From contig DAIUEN010000023.1 of assembly GCA_036845085.1 (NCBI GenBank), positions 1 to 9,047 on the forward strand: 9,047 bases of DNA, given 5' to 3'. The position numbers and the translations under genes were made by a program. Under the pieces are notes generated by a model that was not told the DNA's origin, searched no databases, and worked only from the letters and a program-made list of their open reading frames with translations. Origin of the DNA: Candidatus Nanopusillus sp. (GTDB lineage Archaea > Nanobdellota > Nanobdellia > Nanobdellales > Nanobdellaceae). Positions 5,957 to 9,047 of the stretch are shown one piece after another; within the stretch, counting starts at the first letter, position 1; every line of letters begins with the position of its first letter.

Positions 5957-6145
5957 CTATTCTATTATTTCCATAGTTTTATTGGAAATATTCTTTACAG
6001 TTTCATTTGTAAAGTTAGATAATTTTTGTGAAGCTCCAGATCCTCCTTTTTCTAAGTTAAGTACAATATAAACAGAAACTATTAATATTATTATCGCAAT
6101 AATAAGAAGTATTATTGTTGACATTGAAACATCTGATTTTTTCAT
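5957..6145 (-). CDS. Hypothetical 62-aa membrane-anchored mini-protein with a sequon-dense C-terminal tail (possible small pilin-like or glycosylated surface peptide)
   Basis: MKKSDVSMS + TIILLIIAIIILIVSVYIVL (strong TM helix), then a flexible GGSGAS linker, then NFT, NET, NIS and NKT within the last 20 residues. It is co-directional with dnaG and 35 nt upstream of it. A TATA-like box sits ~27 nt upstream of its ATG. Small size limits confidence. Confidence 0.5.
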   Translation of the reverse strand: MKKSDVSMSTIILLIIAIIILIVSVYIVLNLEKGGSGASQKLSNFTNETVKNISNKTMEIIE

Positions 6146-6150
6146 AATGT

Positions 6151-6159
6151 ATTATAAAA
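6151..6159 (+). promoter_or_regulatory. Candidate TATA box for a leaderless or near-leaderless argS transcript
   Basis: ATTATAAAA is centred ~26 nt upstream of the argS ATG (6181). No Shine-Dalgarno-like GGAGG/GGTGA lies in the spacer. TATA-like strings are cheap in this AT-rich DNA, so confidence is low. Confidence 0.35.
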
Positions 6160-6168
6160 CTTTTCTTA

Positions 6169-6176
6169 TTTTTAAA
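6169..6176 (-). promoter_or_regulatory. Candidate TATA box for the 62-aa gene (and possibly dnaG), opposed to the argS box
   Basis: The minus strand reads TTTAAAAA, centred ~27 nt upstream of the minus-strand ATG (6145-6143). Confidence 0.3.
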
Positions 6177-6180
6177 TATT

Positions 6181-8109
6181 ATGTGGTTACTGAAAAAATA
6201 TTTAAATGATCTGGATTTAGAATATTCAGAGCCCCCTAGAGGAATAAAATATGATATATCCATAAAATTGTTTAAAGAACTAAAAAAAGGGAAAAAAGCC
6301 GAAGAATTAGTAAATGAAATAATAAGTAGAATAAAAGATTATGTATTAGAATATAAATTTATTAATGGATATCTTAATTTAAAATTAGATTTTAGAAAAA
6401 TATTAGATGAAATTGAGAATTTGTTTATATTTGAAAAAAAAGATAAAGTAATTTATATAGAACATACTTCTGCAAATCCAAATAAACAATTACATATAGG
6501 ACATTTAAGAAATTTTATTCTGGGAGATTCTATATATAGATTATATGAATCTCTAAACTATAAGACATATGTTATAAATTATATAGACGATACTGGAGCG
6601 CAAGTTTCAGATGTAGTCTTAGCAATATATTTATTAAAATTTCCAGAAGATCCAAAAGAATTTGAAATAAATAAAGTTAAAGAAAATATAATCAATTTTT
6701 TAAAGAAAGAAAGTATATACAAAGAAGAATATGATAAAAAAATATTAGAAATTATAAAAGAAAGAACTGATGCAATTAGGAAACTATATGGATATGATGT
6801 TCCAAAAAAATATGATCATTATATTGGGGATTTTATTTATGTTATAGTTAATAAATTATATGATCTAATTCCAGATTTAAAAAGATACAAGTCTTTCATA
6901 AATGATAAAATAGAAAAGGGAGACAATGAAATATATGACTTAGCTAAGAGAATTGTAGATAATGTATTAGAATCTCAATTAGAAACCTTATGGAAATTTA
7001 ATGTGTATTACGACTTATTTGTAAGAGAATCAGATATAATAAAATATAATATATTTGATAAAGCCTTTGAGATTTTAAAAGAAAAGAATTTAATAAAATA
7101 TGAAACAGAAGGAGAGAAAAAAGGATGTTGGGTTATTGATTTAGATAGATGGGATGAATTCAAAAACTATGAAGATAAAAAGAAAGTTTTAATAAGGTCT
7201 GATGGAACATCTGTATACTTAGCTAAAGATATAGCATATGCTTTCTGGAAGTTAGGAATTATTAAAGATAGCATAAAATTTAAAGAATACAAACTACAGC
7301 CAAATTCTAAATATATTTATGAAATAAATATAAATGGAAACTTTATTCCAGAAGTTTGTGATATATCTATAAATGTTATAGGGTTTGAACAAACATATCT
7401 TCAATTAATAATAAAAAAAATAATAGAAGAATTAAATGTAAATAAAAAATATATTCACTATTCTTACGGACTAGTTATGTTATCTAAGAATACTGCAAAA
7501 ATATTTGGTATAGATGAAGATATTGTAAGAATGTCTGGAAGGAAAGGTATAAATATAAATGTAGATGATTTATATGAAAAATTATATCAAAAAGTTTATA
7601 ATTTGATGAAAGAAAGATTAAAAGATCTTGATGAAAAAAAATTAGAAGAATTAAGTCACAAGGTAACAATTTCTATTATATCATATGAAATATTAAAATA
7701 TTCTAGAAACAGTTTAATAGTATTTGATTTTGATAAAATATTAAATTTCGAAGAAGGAAATGGAATATATCTTTTATATACTTATGCAAGAATAAATTCT
7801 CTTTTAAAAAAAGCTCCAAAAATTGAGAAAATGTATTTTACAGAATTAAATGATTTAGAAAAGAAATTAATAGTAAAAATATTACAGTTTAAAGATGTAT
7901 TATACGATGTAGAAAAATCTTTAGATATAAACGACCTAGTTAAATATACAATAGATCTTGTAAAATCTTTTAATGAATTTTACCAAAGTGTTCCAATTAT
8001 TAGTGAATTAGATAAATATCCTCACAGATTACTTTTGGTGTTATTGACTAAGAAGGTATTAGAGAAAATCTTTTATATATTAAAGATAGAGCCTGTAGAA
8101 GTAATATAA
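6181..8109 (+). CDS. argS: Arginine--tRNA ligase (arginyl-tRNA synthetase, class I)
   Basis: Block EHTSANPNKQLHIGHLRN with HIGH at nt 6493-6504. YIDDTGAQ follows the Rossmann start. MSGRKG (nt 7531-7548) sits at the KMSKS-equivalent position typical of ArgRS (MSTRxG). C-terminal DALR-type anticodon-binding helices (YLLYTYARINSLLKK...). 642 aa. Confidence 0.95.
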   Translation: MWLLKKYLNDLDLEYSEPPRGIKYDISIKLFKELKKGKKAEELVNEIISRIKDYVLEYKFINGYLNLKLDFRKILDEIENLFIFEKKDKVIYIEHTSANPNKQLHIGHLRNFILGDSIYRLYESLNYKTYVINYIDDTGAQVSDVVLAIYLLKFPEDPKEFEINKVKENIINFLKKESIYKEEYDKKILEIIKERTDAIRKLYGYDVPKKYDHYIGDFIYVIVNKLYDLIPDLKRYKSFINDKIEKGDNEIYDLAKRIVDNVLESQLETLWKFNVYYDLFVRESDIIKYNIFDKAFEILKEKNLIKYETEGEKKGCWVIDLDRWDEFKNYEDKKKVLIRSDGTSVYLAKDIAYAFWKLGIIKDSIKFKEYKLQPNSKYIYEININGNFIPEVCDISINVIGFEQTYLQLIIKKIIEELNVNKKYIHYSYGLVMLSKNTAKIFGIDEDIVRMSGRKGININVDDLYEKLYQKVYNLMKERLKDLDEKKLEELSHKVTISIISYEILKYSRNSLIVFDFDKILNFEEGNGIYLLYTYARINSLLKKAPKIEKMYFTELNDLEKKLIVKILQFKDVLYDVEKSLDINDLVKYTIDLVKSFNEFYQSVPIISELDKYPHRLLLVLLTKKVLEKIFYILKIEPVEVI

Positions 8110-8119
8110 TTTATAAAAA
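8110..8119 (+). promoter_or_regulatory. Candidate TATA box for rps10
   Basis: TTTATAAAAA lies immediately after the argS stop, centred ~28 nt upstream of ATG 8143 (a second ATG is at 8146). No SD-like motif. Confidence 0.4.
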
Positions 8120-8142
8120 TTAATAACAACAAAATATTTACA

Positions 8143-8448
8143 ATGATGGTAAGAATTAAAATGTGGAGTACTAATTTACAAGCACTAAATTCATTCACAA
8201 ATGAAATATTAAAAATTGTAGAACAATTAGGGATAGAAAAAAAAGGACCTATATATTTACCAACAAAAGTTATGAGAGTACCTACTATGAGAACATTTGG
8301 TAGGAGAGGTACTAAAATATACGAAACATATCAAGCAAGACTTTATAGGAGATTTATTGATGTAGCATATGACGAAAGATTTTTTAAGAGTTTCTTAAGA
8401 CTTCAGATACCACCAAACATAAATCTATTAATAAAAATTTTAAAATAA
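8143..8448 (+). CDS. rps10: 30S ribosomal protein uS10 (S10)
   Basis: 101 aa. RIK(M/L)....L......I......G....GPI.LPTK......R.......T...(F/Y)..R...R.ID pattern (here VRIKMWSTNLQALNSFTNEILKIVEQLGIEKKGPIYLPTKVMRVPTMR...YQARLYRRFIDV). TTTATAAAAA box lies ~28 nt upstream. Confidence 0.9.
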   Translation: MMVRIKMWSTNLQALNSFTNEILKIVEQLGIEKKGPIYLPTKVMRVPTMRTFGRRGTKIYETYQARLYRRFIDVAYDERFFKSFLRLQIPPNINLLIKILK

Positions 8449-8455
8449 GCTATAA

Positions 8456-8465
8456 TTTATAAATA
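8456..8465 (+). promoter_or_regulatory. Candidate TATA box for nop5
   Basis: TTTATAAATA is centred ~25 nt upstream of ATG 8485, in the 36-nt rps10-nop5 spacer. Confidence 0.4.
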
Positions 8466-8484
8466 ATTTTTTTATTTAAATTAT

Positions 8485-9047
8485 ATGCAGTATGTGCTAA
8501 TAAGATATGATTATGTATACTATTTTGATGAGAATCTTAATCTAATAAAAAAAGAAAAAGCAAATTTTAGTTATGATGAAATAAAAAGTTTGTTTAATGG
8601 AGAAATAGATAAAATTAGGGAAAAATTCAAGGATTATAAAATATTAGGATTTGATGTTAAAGACACAAACTTAATAAGAAAAGCTTTAGATTACATTGAA
8701 ATAAAGAATGATCTAGATTTGTTTTTATTAGTATTGAAGAAATCTATATCTGATAAAATTTCAAAAGACTTAATAGTAATACAGTCGATAGAATTTTTAG
8801 ATGATTTAGATAAGATAATTAATTTATTTATGGAGAGATTTAGAGAGTGGTATGAGCTATATTTTCCAGAAATATCAAAAAAGTATGGAGATCACGAAAA
8901 ATTTGTTAAAATAATATTAAATAAAAAAAGAGAAGAGTTAATGGAAGAATATAATATACAGGAGACTATGGGTGGAAAAATATTTGATGAAAATGATTAT
9001 AAGATTCTAAATGAGATTGCAGAAAAAATAGATAGCCTATATAAATT
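8485..9047 (+). CDS. nop5: Nop5 (Nop56/58) C/D box sRNP core protein, 5' partial (continues past the window end)
   Basis: Not in the supplied ORF track because no stop is reached. I translated it by hand from ATG 8485. MQYVLIRYDYVYYFDENLNLI... (N-terminal fibrillarin-binding domain) is followed by LIVIQSIEFLDDLDKIINLFMERFREWYELYFPEISKKYGDHEKFVKII...ETMGGKIFDENDYKILNEIAEKIDSLYK. This matches the hallmark ...AI..LDD.DK.IN....RLREWY.LHFPEL... and ...SMGA.....D...I..LA..I..LY segment of archaeal Nop5. Confidence 0.85.
   Translation, partial: MQYVLIRYDYVYYFDENLNLIKKEKANFSYDEIKSLFNGEIDKIREKFKDYKILGFDVKDTNLIRKALDYIEIKNDLDLFLLVLKKSISDKISKDLIVIQSIEFLDDLDKIINLFMERFREWYELYFPEISKKYGDHEKFVKIILNKKREELMEEYNIQETMGGKIFDENDYKILNEIAEKIDSLYK

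Noticed and set aside
6057-6263. 68-aa minus-strand ORF overlapping both the 62-aa gene and the argS start
   Set aside because: It would overlap the conserved N-terminus of argS and the alternative 62-aa ORF. Its product has no TM or motif logic, and the 62-aa frame gives a far more protein-like sequence (TM helix, linker, sequon tail).
7484-7669. 61-aa minus-strand ORF inside argS
   Set aside because: It is antisense to the KMSKS-region of a confidently identified argS and gives a low-complexity L/F/I translation. It is a shadow ORF.

Overview
Very AT-rich, extremely compact archaeal locus. Almost every base is coding, several genes overlap, and intergenic spacers are 5-36 bp. I recognise six housekeeping genes. 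These are archaeal DnaG (TOPRIM primase/exosome-associated protein, minus strand), arginyl-tRNA synthetase, ribosomal protein uS10, and the 5' part of Nop5 (Nop56/58), which runs off the right edge and is missing from the supplied ORF track. The fifth is the wyosine-pathway methyltransferase Taw3/TYW3 (minus strand); the sixth call, much more tentative, is a small membrane-anchored protein with a LEA_2/WHy-like 'NPN' beta-domain. The left 3.7 kb is different. It holds a chain of at least five plus-strand genes (one partial, then 357, 277, 166 and 409 aa), each joined to the next by the same ATGA stop/start overlap. Each complete product starts with a short polar N-terminus followed by a roughly 20-25 residue hydrophobic helix. 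I recognise no family for any of them. Their predicted ectodomains have even Cys counts (4, 4, 2, 8) and many N-x-S/T sequons, while the cytoplasmic proteins in the same window have almost none. The 166-aa member begins MKG|QLSF..., which resembles an archaeal class III (type IV pilin-like) signal peptide. My best reading is an undescribed, stoichiometrically co-expressed cell-surface or pilin-like assembly in a genome-reduced archaeon. The composition and scrambled gene order fit a Nanoarchaeota/DPANN-like ectosymbiont, but that assignment is inference. A separate 62-aa gene upstream of dnaG encodes a membrane-anchored mini-protein with 4 sequons in its last 20 residues. I found no rRNA, tRNA, CRISPR array, transposase or integrase.
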